Origin: an uncultured Acidobacteriaceae bacterium
GTDB taxonomy: Bacteria > Acidobacteriota > Terriglobia > Terriglobales > Acidobacteriaceae
NCBI GenBank assembly: GCA_963762945.1
Contig: CAVXOO010000208.1
Location: forward strand, 1-40,325
Length of the DNA stretch: 40,325 nt
Direction: 5' to 3'
Position 1 is the first letter of the stretch. Every line of letters begins with the position of its first letter. A program made the position numbers and the translations under genes. This document shows positions 17,349 through 26,077 of the stretch, one piece after another. Below the pieces are notes generated by a model. It had not been told where the DNA came from, made no database searches, and saw only the letters and a program-made list of their open reading frames with translations.

Positions 17349-17613
17349 GGGTCTGTTCACACTATTGGGGTGGATGGCGCTGCTGGCGCAAATCGCGCCA
17401 GACGAGGCTGAGCCCGAAGGCTGTGGTGACCCCACTGCCGAGGGCGAAAACGAAGTATGGCGCGATTTGCGCCGCAGCCCGAAGGGACGGGGCCAGTTTT
17501 CCCGATTTCGTTGTCGCTCGTCGCTCCAGTGATTGACCGCAGCGCGCTCCTCGCTCCTAGAACTCAGAAAAACTGGCTCCCGTCGCCACCATCCCAATAG
17601 TGTGAGCAGACCC
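17349..17613. mobile_element. 265-bp MITE with 21-bp TIRs and TA target duplication
   Basis: Left end GGGTCTGTTCACACTATTGGG; right end CCCAATAGTGTGAGCAGACCC (20/21 match). TA on both sides (17347-48, 17614-15). Internal 13-bp inverted repeat GCAAATCGCGCCA/TGGCGCGATTTGC. No transposase. Confidence 0.88.
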
Positions 17614-19268
17614 TACGGAAGCGCCTGAAGCTGGCATTCCGCAAGGCTGTAGTTCGCCCCGTAGGCCGTCACCAATTTCGACACCGGAAGGTTGCACGGC
17701 TGCCCATAGCCCGGCACGCGGCTGGAGTAGTCATCGTTACCGCCCGAGCCGTTTTGCGAGGTGGTGCGGATATCAATCGGAAGGCCTTCGACCAGAACCG
17801 TGGTGTCGGCCTGGTCAGTGATCGTGGGGGTCGAACCGATGATGGTGATGTAGGGGCTGTCGGGCGAGTTGACGTATACCTTGGCGTAATCGGAGTTTTG
17901 CGTGCTCACCACGGTGCGCGGATGGCCGACCACAGGAATCGTCTTTTCTACAGTGTGAGTTGACAGATTCACAACAGTGACCGTGCCGTTGCCGGTACCG
18001 CTATCGTCGTTCTGGTTCGCGCTATAAGCTTTGCTGCCGTCGTAAAGCACGGTCACGCTGGCCGGATCGGGATTCGCAGTGTTGCCCACGTGAATTGTGT
18101 ACGTGGTCCCGAAGGTTGGGCTGTCGTTGCCGTACTCATCCAGGCTGACGTCGATCACGCTGATGCTTGCGCCGTCGAAATCGGCCACTACGAGCTGTTC
18201 AGTAGCGGCGTTGTATTCGGCATGAATGGGGCCGGCGATAGCCCTCATGCCAGCGGTGCCATTGGGCGGGGCGGTGGGAATCCCCGCAGGCGCGCCCGGC
18301 TCGGCGGCATCGGCCGCCAGGTTGTTTACAGCGGTCAGGGAGAGGGGCAGAATCGGGTGGCAGGTCACCAGTTGGCCGTTCTGATTGGTGAACGGCGCAC
18401 ACTGATCGAGCGAATTGTTTTGCATGTTGATGACCGAAATGGTGTCGCTGCCGCGATTGAGGACGAAGAGCCGCCTTTGGTCGGAGGATGGCACCGCGTA
18501 AACGGGGCACAGTGCATTGGATGAGCCAGTCGATTTGGCAAAGGGATCCAAAGCTAGAACCGGATCGGCGGTTCCTACCGAAAGTTCGATCGGCGTCGCC
18601 GTGCCGTTGGCGCCAACGGCTGTGGGCGTTAAACTGCAGGTCATCGGCGCGGTATCTGCAACGTTCTGGTTCAGGACATATTCGCGCTGGCCTCCCGACG
18701 CGGCCGCGCCGGCGATGAACATCGGCATGGTTGGGGCGATCCCGGACGAGGCCACGGGAATCGCCTTCTGAAAGGCCTGCGGCGATCCGGTGAAGAGATC
18801 GACGACGTCCCCATTCAGGTCGGTTGCCCACAAGCCCGAAGACGGCGGCAACAGGTTTACGATCCTGGACGTGGTCGAAAGAGAGGAGAAAGTAACCTGC
18901 CGGGTCTGCAGCGAGGTCGAGAGAGAAAAGTTGGAGAGCGTACCGTCGCTGTTTAACGTGTAGCCGGTGGCGCCGATTTCGTCGATGGTAAAAGCAGTCG
19001 GCCCGGGACCGATCGTGGCTTCGGTCAAAATGGTGTCACCCGAGTAATCGATGATGGTGACCACACCATTACTGGTTGGCGAGCCCGTGGACGAAACCAC
19101 AACCGCGTAGGATGCCGGCTGCGCGGCCGGTCCGTTCGTGCCCACCGGCGTAATTGTCGGCCTGTAGTTATCGCCGCAACCTGCAATCCCTACCGCGAGT
19201 GCAAGCGCCGCAACTGCCTGGGCTCCAAAGGCGCGCCCCGGCCCTGAAATGATGGGAAAAAGCCTCAT
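17613..19268 (-). CDS. Lipoprotein, YncE/YVTN-type beta-propeller
   Basis: Lipobox IAGC and repeated blade motifs LFVLNRGSDTISVI, VADFDGASISVID, AYSANQ..GTVTVVN. Confidence 0.75.
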   Translation of the reverse strand: MRLFPIISGPGRAFGAQAVAALALAVGIAGCGDNYRPTITPVGTNGPAAQPASYAVVVSSTGSPTSNGVVTIIDYSGDTILTEATIGPGPTAFTIDEIGATGYTLNSDGTLSNFSLSTSLQTRQVTFSSLSTTSRIVNLLPPSSGLWATDLNGDVVDLFTGSPQAFQKAIPVASSGIAPTMPMFIAGAAASGGQREYVLNQNVADTAPMTCSLTPTAVGANGTATPIELSVGTADPVLALDPFAKSTGSSNALCPVYAVPSSDQRRLFVLNRGSDTISVINMQNNSLDQCAPFTNQNGQLVTCHPILPLSLTAVNNLAADAAEPGAPAGIPTAPPNGTAGMRAIAGPIHAEYNAATEQLVVADFDGASISVIDVSLDEYGNDSPTFGTTYTIHVGNTANPDPASVTVLYDGSKAYSANQNDDSGTGNGTVTVVNLSTHTVEKTIPVVGHPRTVVSTQNSDYAKVYVNSPDSPYITIIGSTPTITDQADTTVLVEGLPIDIRTTSQNGSGGNDDYSSRVPGYGQPCNLPVSKLVTAYGANYSLAECQLQALP

Positions 19269-19435
19269 GCGGAATCGTTCCTGCTTTCTTGCTGATTGTA
19301 AATCAGCGGGGTGGGCAAAAGCGCGCACCGCTCGCGCTCATGCTTGCGACGCGCAAAGAACAGATTGGTCACCGGCCCTCGGGTCAGACTTAGAAACGCG
19401 TTCTCCTTCGCCGCGAGCGCAGGATACGATGAAGC

Positions 19436-20311
19436 GTGCTTGAGAATGAGCTGAACTGGCAATCGAAGCTGGTGTTGCTTGCGGTGCTGCCGTTCGCCGG
19501 CACTGAAGTTGTGCTGGACACGAGTTGGTGGGCCTCGCATGCGGCTCCGGTCGCCCTCTGGACCGTGGGCCTCAGCGCCCTGCTGGGTCTGGTGACGTGG
19601 AAACTGAGGGCAGCAACTCCCGCAGCCGCGCTCACCGGCGCGCTCATCACCGCCAGCCTCATCTTTTCCACGGCCGTGGTTCCTTATCAGCCCTGGCACA
19701 CGGCCCTGGTTCCCACGCTGACCGTGGCCCTGCTGGCATTTGTCTCCACGCGTGCCGGCCGGAGGAAGAAGCAGCGGCTGGGAACTGCGGAGGGCCACAG
19801 GGGCCGCTCAGCCTCGCAGATCGCGGCCAATCTGGGACTCGCCGCGGTAGTGGCAAGCGGTCCCGTGCAGTCCTGGCTGATGGATTCGCGTTGGCTGCCA
19901 CACCTTGCCGCCGCACCGGGCTTGTTCTTCGCCCTCACCGTGGCGGCTCTGGCCGAGGCGGCGGCCGATACCGTGTCCTCGGAGATCGGCCAGGTGCTCG
20001 GCGGGCCTCCGCGCATGATTACATCTCTCAAAGCCGTCGAACCCGGCCGCAATGGCGCTGTCAGCCTGGCCGGATCGATCGCCGGAGTGGCAGCCGCGGC
20101 CCTCGTTGCCTGGACAGGAATGTGGGCCCTTGGCGGCGGCCGGGAGATGTACAAAGTAAGTTCGGCGGGAGCTGTCTTCGGCCTGTTCTTCGACAGCCTG
20201 CTGGGCGCAACGCTCGAAGAACGCGGCTGGCTGAACAACGACGCAGTGAATTTTCTCTCGACGGCCAGTGCGGCAGGGTTTGCTCTGGCGCTGCTTTGCG
20301 CGATGCATTGA
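19436..20311 (+). CDS. DUF92/TMEM19-family membrane protein
   Basis: Multi-TM protein with QIAANLG, ADTVSSEIG, GAVSLAG, DSLLGATLE and NNDAVNF motifs. Confidence 0.88.
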   Translation: MLENELNWQSKLVLLAVLPFAGTEVVLDTSWWASHAAPVALWTVGLSALLGLVTWKLRAATPAAALTGALITASLIFSTAVVPYQPWHTALVPTLTVALLAFVSTRAGRRKKQRLGTAEGHRGRSASQIAANLGLAAVVASGPVQSWLMDSRWLPHLAAAPGLFFALTVAALAEAAADTVSSEIGQVLGGPPRMITSLKAVEPGRNGAVSLAGSIAGVAAAALVAWTGMWALGGGREMYKVSSAGAVFGLFFDSLLGATLEERGWLNNDAVNFLSTASAAGFALALLCAMH

Positions 20312-20320
20312 GCCGGCGAG

Positions 20321-20393
20321 CACTCACGCTCGCACTCACACTCACACTCACACTCGCACTCACACTCGCTCCCTTGTTCCCTCGTCCCCTGTT
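20321..20393. repeat. Simple-sequence tract: 8x CRCTCR hexamer followed by ~3 pyrimidine-rich octamers
   Basis: CACTCA CGCTCG CACTCA CACTCA CACTCA CACTCG CACTCA CACTCG (20321-20368), then TCCCTTGT TCCCTCGT CCCCTGTT. Confidence 0.9.
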
Positions 20394-21014
20394 TTAATGC
20401 AGATGCAACCGCCAGAAAGTGTAGCTCAGAATCTCATGCGCGATGCGCTCGCTTTCCAGCGTGGTTTCTTCCACGGCCGGGCGCGGCCGCGGCGAAGTCA
20501 GCACATCCAGCCCTTCTGCGGCGCAAATTTCGTGAATGCGGAACATGTGCGTGTCGTCGCTCACCACCACCAGGCGGTGCAACCCGTTCACGCGCGCGAT
20601 CACGGCAATGCGGCGGGCCGATTCCTCGGTGTTGCGGCTTTCGGTCTCGGCGATAATGGCGCTTTCCGGCACGCCTCGGCTTATTAAATATTCGCGGCCC
20701 ACCGAGCCCTCGGTGAATTGATCGCCGCCGGGGCCTCCGAGCGTGATGATCAGCGGAGCGAGGCCGCGATGGTAAAGCACCAGCGCGTGGTCCAGCCGCG
20801 CCCGGTAAACCGGGGAGGGCCGGCCGTCGTACTCTGCCGCGCCCAGCACGCCGATAGCGTCGGCGGGCGCTGCGTAATCCTGATGCGCGTAGCGCTCGAT
20901 CTGTGCGTAAACCCACCAAGTCCAGCCCAGCGCCGCGGCCACAATCAACAGCAGCAGCGCAATCGCTACGCGAAAAGTTGCATGGCCACGCTTCGGCTTG
21001 GATCGTACGGGCAT
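20394..21014 (-). CDS. YdcF/DUF218 family protein
   Basis: N-terminal TM, DAIGVLGAA, ARLDHA, ETESRNTEES, VVSDDTHMFR. Confidence 0.88.
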   Translation of the reverse strand: MPVRSKPKRGHATFRVAIALLLLIVAAALGWTWWVYAQIERYAHQDYAAPADAIGVLGAAEYDGRPSPVYRARLDHALVLYHRGLAPLIITLGGPGGDQFTEGSVGREYLISRGVPESAIIAETESRNTEESARRIAVIARVNGLHRLVVVSDDTHMFRIHEICAAEGLDVLTSPRPRPAVEETTLESERIAHEILSYTFWRLHLH

Positions 21015-21155
21015 AGGACAGGTTTCAGGGCTCAGTGGGGAGGCCGCATTTCGCTGCTTCTAGTTTCGCACTCCACCCCGAAACTTGGTCCCTTGTTCCC
21101 TGCCGGGGCCCCCGGCGGGCGATTTGTGCCCGCTGGGGTGGCTTGTTCCCTGTCT

Positions 21156-21800
21156 TTATCGCTGCAGCGCCATGACAATCTCGTGGGTAGGAATCGCGCC
21201 CTCGCGCAGAACCTCCCACCGTCCTTCTCCCAGCGAGAGATCGACAATAGTCGTGTGCTGAGCGCGGCCGGTGGGCCCGCCGTTGACAATCAGGGGAATG
21301 CGATCCCCGATCTGGTCGCGCACGCTGGCGGCATTGGTGCACTCCGACGCGCCCTGCAGATTGGCCGAGGTAGCCGTGATGGGCAAACCCAGCCGCTCCA
21401 CAACCGCGCGCGGAATCGCGGCATCGGGTACGCGCAGGGCTACGTTGCCCGTATTGGCTGTCGAGCGCAGCGGCAGCTTGGTTCCGGCGCGGACGATGAG
21501 GGTCAGCGGGCCCGGCCAGAAACGGTCGGCCAGCTTGTCGAGCAGCGAATCGGAGCCGCGCGCCAGCTCGTAAGCCTGCGACAGATTGGCAATCAGCAGC
21601 GACAGCGGTTTGTGTTTCTGGCGCGTTTTAATTTGATAAATCTGCTCCACCGCGCGCAGATTCACCGGGTCCACAGCCAGGCCGTAGAAGGTGTCGGTCG
21701 GCAATGCAACCACACCCCCCTTGCGCAGGCAGGAGACGATGTAATCGATCCGGTCCGGTTGGGGTTCATCGGGATGAACGCGTAATATCTCCGCCGACAA
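21156..21800 (-). CDS. tsaC: L-threonylcarbamoyladenylate synthase (YrdC/Sua5 family)
   Basis: ALPTDTFYGL, IYQIKTR..KPL, FWPGPLT, ALRVP, TATSAN. Confidence 0.92.
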   Translation of the reverse strand: MSAEILRVHPDEPQPDRIDYIVSCLRKGGVVALPTDTFYGLAVDPVNLRAVEQIYQIKTRQKHKPLSLLIANLSQAYELARGSDSLLDKLADRFWPGPLTLIVRAGTKLPLRSTANTGNVALRVPDAAIPRAVVERLGLPITATSANLQGASECTNAASVRDQIGDRIPLIVNGGPTGRAQHTTIVDLSLGEGRWEVLREGAIPTHEIVMALQR

Positions 21801-21915
21801 GCAGGCCTACCTCGTTCCCGAATAAAAAGAAGACGTTACAAGTTCGGAAACTATCACAGCACCAGCTTCGGTGCAAGTTTGTCTGGCAGCTATTAGCTTC
21901 CAGCCGCTAGCTCCG

Positions 21916-22059
21916 AGCCGCATTTCTCACCAGCGGCGAACCCGTACCGCCGGTCTCCAGACCGGCTGTAGCGGGGGTCTCCCGACCCCCGCGGCGCAGA
22001 CAGTGGTCGAAATAGGCCCATTCTTCATGCCATCGAGAGACTCGTGAAGAATGCGGGCT
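21916..22059. mobile_element. MITE-like repeat, copy 2, with imperfect TIRs and internal REP-like hairpins
   Basis: Ends AGCCGCATTTCTCAC / GTGAAGAATGCGGGCT. Internal hairpins GCCGGTC-TCCA-GACCGGC and GCGGGGGTC-TCCC-GACCCCCGC, preceded by or overlapping GTAC and GTAG. Confidence 0.75.
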
Positions 22060-22087
22060 AGAAGCTAGTAGCTAGAAGCTAGTGGCT
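22057..22087. repeat. Heptamer tandem repeat GCTAG(A/T)(A/G) x4
   Basis: GCTAGAA GCTAGTA GCTAGAA GCTAGTG GCT; a degenerate inverse tract lies at ~21888-21912. Confidence 0.7.
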
Positions 22088-22125
22088 GCTCTTAGAATCG
22101 CCACAGCGCCCTGAGGTGATCTGCA

Positions 22126-23010
22126 ATGCCGGTTCGCGTGGTGGAAAGCAAAGACAATGCGCGCCTGAAGGAGTTGCGGAAGGCGCTCGCCGCGCCGGGC
22201 CGCGACGCACGGGGCTCGGCGGGCCGCGTTGGCATTGAAGGGCCGCATCTCGTCCAGGAGGCGCTGCGCGCGGGCCTGCGCGTCGCCACGATCTTTGTGG
22301 CGCAGGGTGCTGAGGGGTTTCTCGACTCGCTGCCCGTGCCGCCCGAAACCGAAATTCTTCGCTTGCCAGCGAAACTGCTCGCCTCTGCGCTCGCCACTGA
22401 AACTCCGCAACCCGTTGCCGCGCTAGTCGAGCCGCCGGATTGGTCGTGGCCGCATATTCTCAATCAAAACCAGAAAATAATCATCGTCGTGCTGGCTGGC
22501 CTTCAGGACCCGGGAAATCTCGGCACCATCCTGCGCTCGGCGGAGGCCTTCGGCGCTGCCGGCATAGTCAGCCTGCCGGGAACCGTGAGCGCGTGGAACC
22601 CGAAGGCCGTGCGCGCCTCGGCAGGCAGCGTCTTTCGCGTGCCCGTGCTCTTGGTGAGCGAACGGGACTGCTTCGAAAAGTTGCATGACGCCGGAGTGAA
22701 GATTCTTTCGACCGCCGCGCACGGCGCACAGCCAGCCGATCACGTCGACCTGACCGCGCCGGTGGCCTTCATCATCGGCAACGAGGGCAACGGAGTGCCC
22801 GCCGATCTTGCCGCGAAAGCCGATGCCAAAATCACGATTCCATGCCCCGGTCCGGTAGAGAGCCTGAATGCCGCCGTCGCGGCCAGCGTGCTGCTCTATG
22901 AAGCAGCGCGGCAGAGATCGACTCCCATGAGCAAGCCCTCGGGTAAAACGCGACACTCATCCAAAAGCCCGCTCCATGCAGTGGCAGTGGTGGGAGGAGC
23001 GCGGCGATGA
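22126..23010 (+). CDS. TrmH/SpoU family RNA methyltransferase
   Basis: SPOUT motifs LQDPGNLGTILRSA, VRASAG, IGNEGNG, ESLNAAVA. Confidence 0.93.
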   Translation: MPVRVVESKDNARLKELRKALAAPGRDARGSAGRVGIEGPHLVQEALRAGLRVATIFVAQGAEGFLDSLPVPPETEILRLPAKLLASALATETPQPVAALVEPPDWSWPHILNQNQKIIIVVLAGLQDPGNLGTILRSAEAFGAAGIVSLPGTVSAWNPKAVRASAGSVFRVPVLLVSERDCFEKLHDAGVKILSTAAHGAQPADHVDLTAPVAFIIGNEGNGVPADLAAKADAKITIPCPGPVESLNAAVAASVLLYEAARQRSTPMSKPSGKTRHSSKSPLHAVAVVGGARR

Positions 23011-24350
23011 GTCTGTTCGATAGCGCGCCAGATATTCCACAGCCCTCCTCCAAAAGGCTGCCCCACGCAGTGGTGCCGTTGGCGGAGAGAATGCGCCCGC
23101 GCTCGCTCGACGAACTTGTCGGTCAGGAGCATCTGGTCGGCCCCGGCAAGCCATTGCGCGTGCAGATCGAGCGCGACGACGCGACTTCCATGATCTTCTG
23201 GGGTCCGCCTGGAGTGGGAAAAACCACCCTCGCCAAAATCATCGCCGAAACCACGAAGGCCACCTTCATCGAGTTCTCCGCGGTCACTAGCGGCATCAAA
23301 GAGATCAAGCAGGTGATGGTGGACGCCGCGCGCGCTGCCGAGATGCACTCGCGCACTATTCTGTTCATCGATGAGATTCACCGCTTCAACAAGGCGCAGC
23401 AGGACGCGTTTCTGCCCTACGTCGAGCGCGGCACCATCCTGCTGATCGGCGCAACCACGGAGAACCCGTCGTTCGAGATCATCTCCGCACTGCTCTCGCG
23501 CTGCCGCGTGTATGTGCTCGAGCCATTGAAGGAGGATCAGATCGTAACGCTGCTCAAACGCGCACTGGCGGACAAGGAACGCGGCCTGGGTGCGCTTGGA
23601 CTAAGTGCCGACGACGATGCATTGGAGTTGATTGCGAGCTACTCAAGCGGCGACTGCCGCTCGGCCTACAACGCCCTCGAAGTTGCAGTCCAGCTCGTTC
23701 AGAACGACAAGAAACTCACCAAGGCCGTAGCTGTCGAAGCTGTCCAAAAGCGCGTGCTGATGTACGACAAGGACGGGGAAGAGCACTTCAATCTGATTTC
23801 CGCGCTGCACAAAAGCGTGCGCAACTCCGATCCTGACGCGGCGCTCTACTGGCTCGGCCGCATGCTGGCCGGCGGCGAAGATCCGCTGTATCTCGCGCGC
23901 CGCATCGTGCGCATGGCGATCGAGGACATCGGCCTGGCCGCGCCGGAGGCGCTCAATTTGTGTCTCTCCGCGAAAGATACTTATGATTTCTTGGGCTCGC
24001 CGGAGGGCGAGCTGGCGCTGGCCGAGGCCGTGGTCTATCTGGCGCTCGCGCCTAAATCCAACTCCGTCTACACGGCCTGGGGCGCGGTGCGGGACGATAT
24101 CGAGCACACCCGCCAGGAACCTGTCCCGCTCCACCTGCGCAACGCGCCGACCAAACTGATGAAAGACCTCGGCTACAGCGAAGGCTATCGCTATGCCCAC
24201 GACGAAGCGGACAAGGTCGCCGACATGGACTGCCTGCCGGAATCGCTCCAAAACCGCCGCTACTATCTCCCCACACAAGAGGGACGCGAGAAAAAGTTAG
24301 CTGCACGGATCGATGAGATTCGCAGGATTCGAGCGGAGAAAAGATCCTGA
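23007..24350 (+). CDS. rarA: Replication-associated recombination protein A (MgsA)
   Basis: PLAERMRP, WGPPGVGKTT, FIDEIHRFNKAQQD, ATTENPSF, ISALHKSVRNSDPDAA, VPLHLRNAPT. Confidence 0.96.
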   Translation: MSLFDSAPDIPQPSSKRLPHAVVPLAERMRPRSLDELVGQEHLVGPGKPLRVQIERDDATSMIFWGPPGVGKTTLAKIIAETTKATFIEFSAVTSGIKEIKQVMVDAARAAEMHSRTILFIDEIHRFNKAQQDAFLPYVERGTILLIGATTENPSFEIISALLSRCRVYVLEPLKEDQIVTLLKRALADKERGLGALGLSADDDALELIASYSSGDCRSAYNALEVAVQLVQNDKKLTKAVAVEAVQKRVLMYDKDGEEHFNLISALHKSVRNSDPDAALYWLGRMLAGGEDPLYLARRIVRMAIEDIGLAAPEALNLCLSAKDTYDFLGSPEGELALAEAVVYLALAPKSNSVYTAWGAVRDDIEHTRQEPVPLHLRNAPTKLMKDLGYSEGYRYAHDEADKVADMDCLPESLQNRRYYLPTQEGREKKLAARIDEIRRIRAEKRS

Positions 24351-24382
24351 TATTTTGGGCCAATGTAAGTAAGTGACTGTTA

Positions 24383-24413
24383 AGATCTCGGGCCGCCGAG
24401 ATCTGTTTGTTGT
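24383..24413 (+). terminator. Probable intrinsic terminator after rarA
   Basis: AGATCTCGG-GCCG-CCGAGATCT hairpin followed by GTTTGTTGT. Confidence 0.5.
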
Positions 24414-24447
24414 GTCATCTAGTTATATGTTGATTCTCAGAGGCTAC

Positions 24448-24556
24448 AACCGGTCTCATAACTGCCTCGGCTGCTCGCTGGGCGAGTATGGGACCCAATA
24501 ACAAGGCGGGCCCCATGCAATTGGCGGTTTGATGCCGCCGATTTATGAGACAGGCT
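24448..24556. mobile_element. Possible degenerate MITE remnant
   Basis: AACCGGTCTCATAACT ... ATTTATGAGACAGGCT inverted ends (13/16 match, 9-bp perfect core). Confidence 0.4.
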
Positions 24557-24568
24557 CCAGGGAGTTGA

Positions 24569-25618
24569 ATGAGAATGCCAATACCTCAACGTCCGCGCAT
24601 CGTGTTCTATGTCGATCCCAAGAGATGGCCCCAGGGGCCGATTCCAACGGCTCCGAACGTTCCTTGGACAGGATACCGGTATGGCCCCTATATTTGGACA
24701 ATCCAAACAGCTCTGTACCTGCAACGCGCCGGTTACGCGTGCGAAATAAGTTCGGAGTTGCCGGACGACGGTATCGTGGTCACTCACAGAGAATGCTGCA
24801 CATTCGGGGACTCCAGATTGCTTCCGGACCGCCGGCGTTTTCTGATTGCGATAACAGCCGACTACGAGCCCTATTTGTACGCAAACCTGCAGATAGTTCA
24901 AAATCCGGCCCAGGCGTATTGGTACAAGAACTGTCATTTCTTGTTGCATTGGCCGGAACCGGGCGTGAAGCCGCGCCTGCCGTCACCTCGATTTAAGAAC
25001 ATCAGCTATATGGGGTTTATTAGTCAAGTTGCCCCAGAGTTACGGACCGAGGAGTGGGCCCGCCAAGTTCAGAACCTCGGCTTGAATTGGTCGCCGCGAG
25101 TCGAAGGGTTTCATTTTGACGATGTGTCAGATTATCAGTTTGGCGATGGTTCATGGAACGATCTATCTGAAGTTGATGCCGTTGTGGCAGTAAGAAGGTT
25201 TTCTCCGCATTCTACGTTTGACCATAAGCCGGCTTCCAAACTGGTAAATTGCTGGTTGGCCGGGATCCCCGCCATACTAGGAGCCGAGTCTGCTTATCGC
25301 GCCCTAAGGAAGAGCGAGCTTGACTATATTGAAGTGCATTCTAAGGAGGAAGTTATTGAGGCATTGGTCAAGTTAAGAGACCACCCGGAGCTGCGCACGG
25401 CGATGATAGAAAACGGTTTGCAGAGATCGAAAGAAGTCAACGCCGACGCTACCGTGAGGCGGTGGATGCGCTTTCTCGATGAAGTCGCGATTCCTTCCTA
25501 TTATTATTGGGTAGATACACCCAGGATCATGCAGATAGTAAGTATCGCGGATAACCGTATGTCGTATCTCGCAAACCGCTTGCGCCGTAAGATGAGCTCA
25601 AGGCGCGATCGCAGTTAA
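24569..25618 (+). CDS. Putative GT-B-type glycosyltransferase
   Basis: 349-aa ORF with SD AGGGAG. The C-terminal KPASKLVNCWLAGIPAILG...IENGLQR resembles a GT-B nucleotide-sugar-binding region. Visibly more A/T-ending codons than the neighbours. Confidence 0.6.
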   Translation: MRMPIPQRPRIVFYVDPKRWPQGPIPTAPNVPWTGYRYGPYIWTIQTALYLQRAGYACEISSELPDDGIVVTHRECCTFGDSRLLPDRRRFLIAITADYEPYLYANLQIVQNPAQAYWYKNCHFLLHWPEPGVKPRLPSPRFKNISYMGFISQVAPELRTEEWARQVQNLGLNWSPRVEGFHFDDVSDYQFGDGSWNDLSEVDAVVAVRRFSPHSTFDHKPASKLVNCWLAGIPAILGAESAYRALRKSELDYIEVHSKEEVIEALVKLRDHPELRTAMIENGLQRSKEVNADATVRRWMRFLDEVAIPSYYYWVDTPRIMQIVSIADNRMSYLANRLRRKMSSRRDRS

Positions 25619-25639
25619 CGGCACGATCGCTATTATTGC

Positions 25640-25942
25640 CTAACATTTGAAAAACATGCAAACTGCAACGAACACGGCGATCGCGACCACCCAGAAGATG
25701 CCCCTCCAAATTGCCCGGACAACCAGCGCCTTTCTATGTTGCTTGCGTTCGCTGTCCACATTCTTAATGTGCTCGGTTTGATCATGCTGAAGCTGGAGAA
25801 TCGAGTCGCTTTTTAATCCGCGCCTCTCTATCTCATTGTTGAGCGCCGAACGTGCGGATTCCGTTAATGAATCCGAGTCCTTGATAAGCTGCGCGAACTC
25901 GTCGTCCGAATAGCCGTGATATACAACTTCGAAATCTTGCAT
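25640..25942 (-). CDS. Small hypothetical protein with C-terminal TM helix
   Basis: YSDDEF...LTESARSALNNEIERRGL helical motif and hydrophobic tail GIFWVVAIAVFVAVCMFF; start uncertain. Confidence 0.6.
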   Translation of the reverse strand: MQDFEVVYHGYSDDEFAQLIKDSDSLTESARSALNNEIERRGLKSDSILQLQHDQTEHIKNVDSERKQHRKALVVRAIWRGIFWVVAIAVFVAVCMFFKC

Positions 25943-26077
25943 TTCACGAGTGTAACTCACGGATCGAATAACGCCGGACAACCTTTACTCCCACGAATTC
26001 ACAACCGGCTTGGCGATATCGTCGAGGCAAACTCCGCTTCCGCTGAAAAACGTAACTCCAGAACCGTAGCGGCGTCG

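Noticed and set aside
21104-21140. CCCCGGCGGGC...GCCCGCTGGGG hairpin as a tsaC terminator
   Set aside because: No U-tract on either strand; more likely a solitary REP-like hairpin, with no clear second copy here.
20321-22090. Repeats as a CRISPR array
   Set aside because: Units are 6-8 bp tandem repeats or dispersed palindromes without unique spacers; no cas genes.
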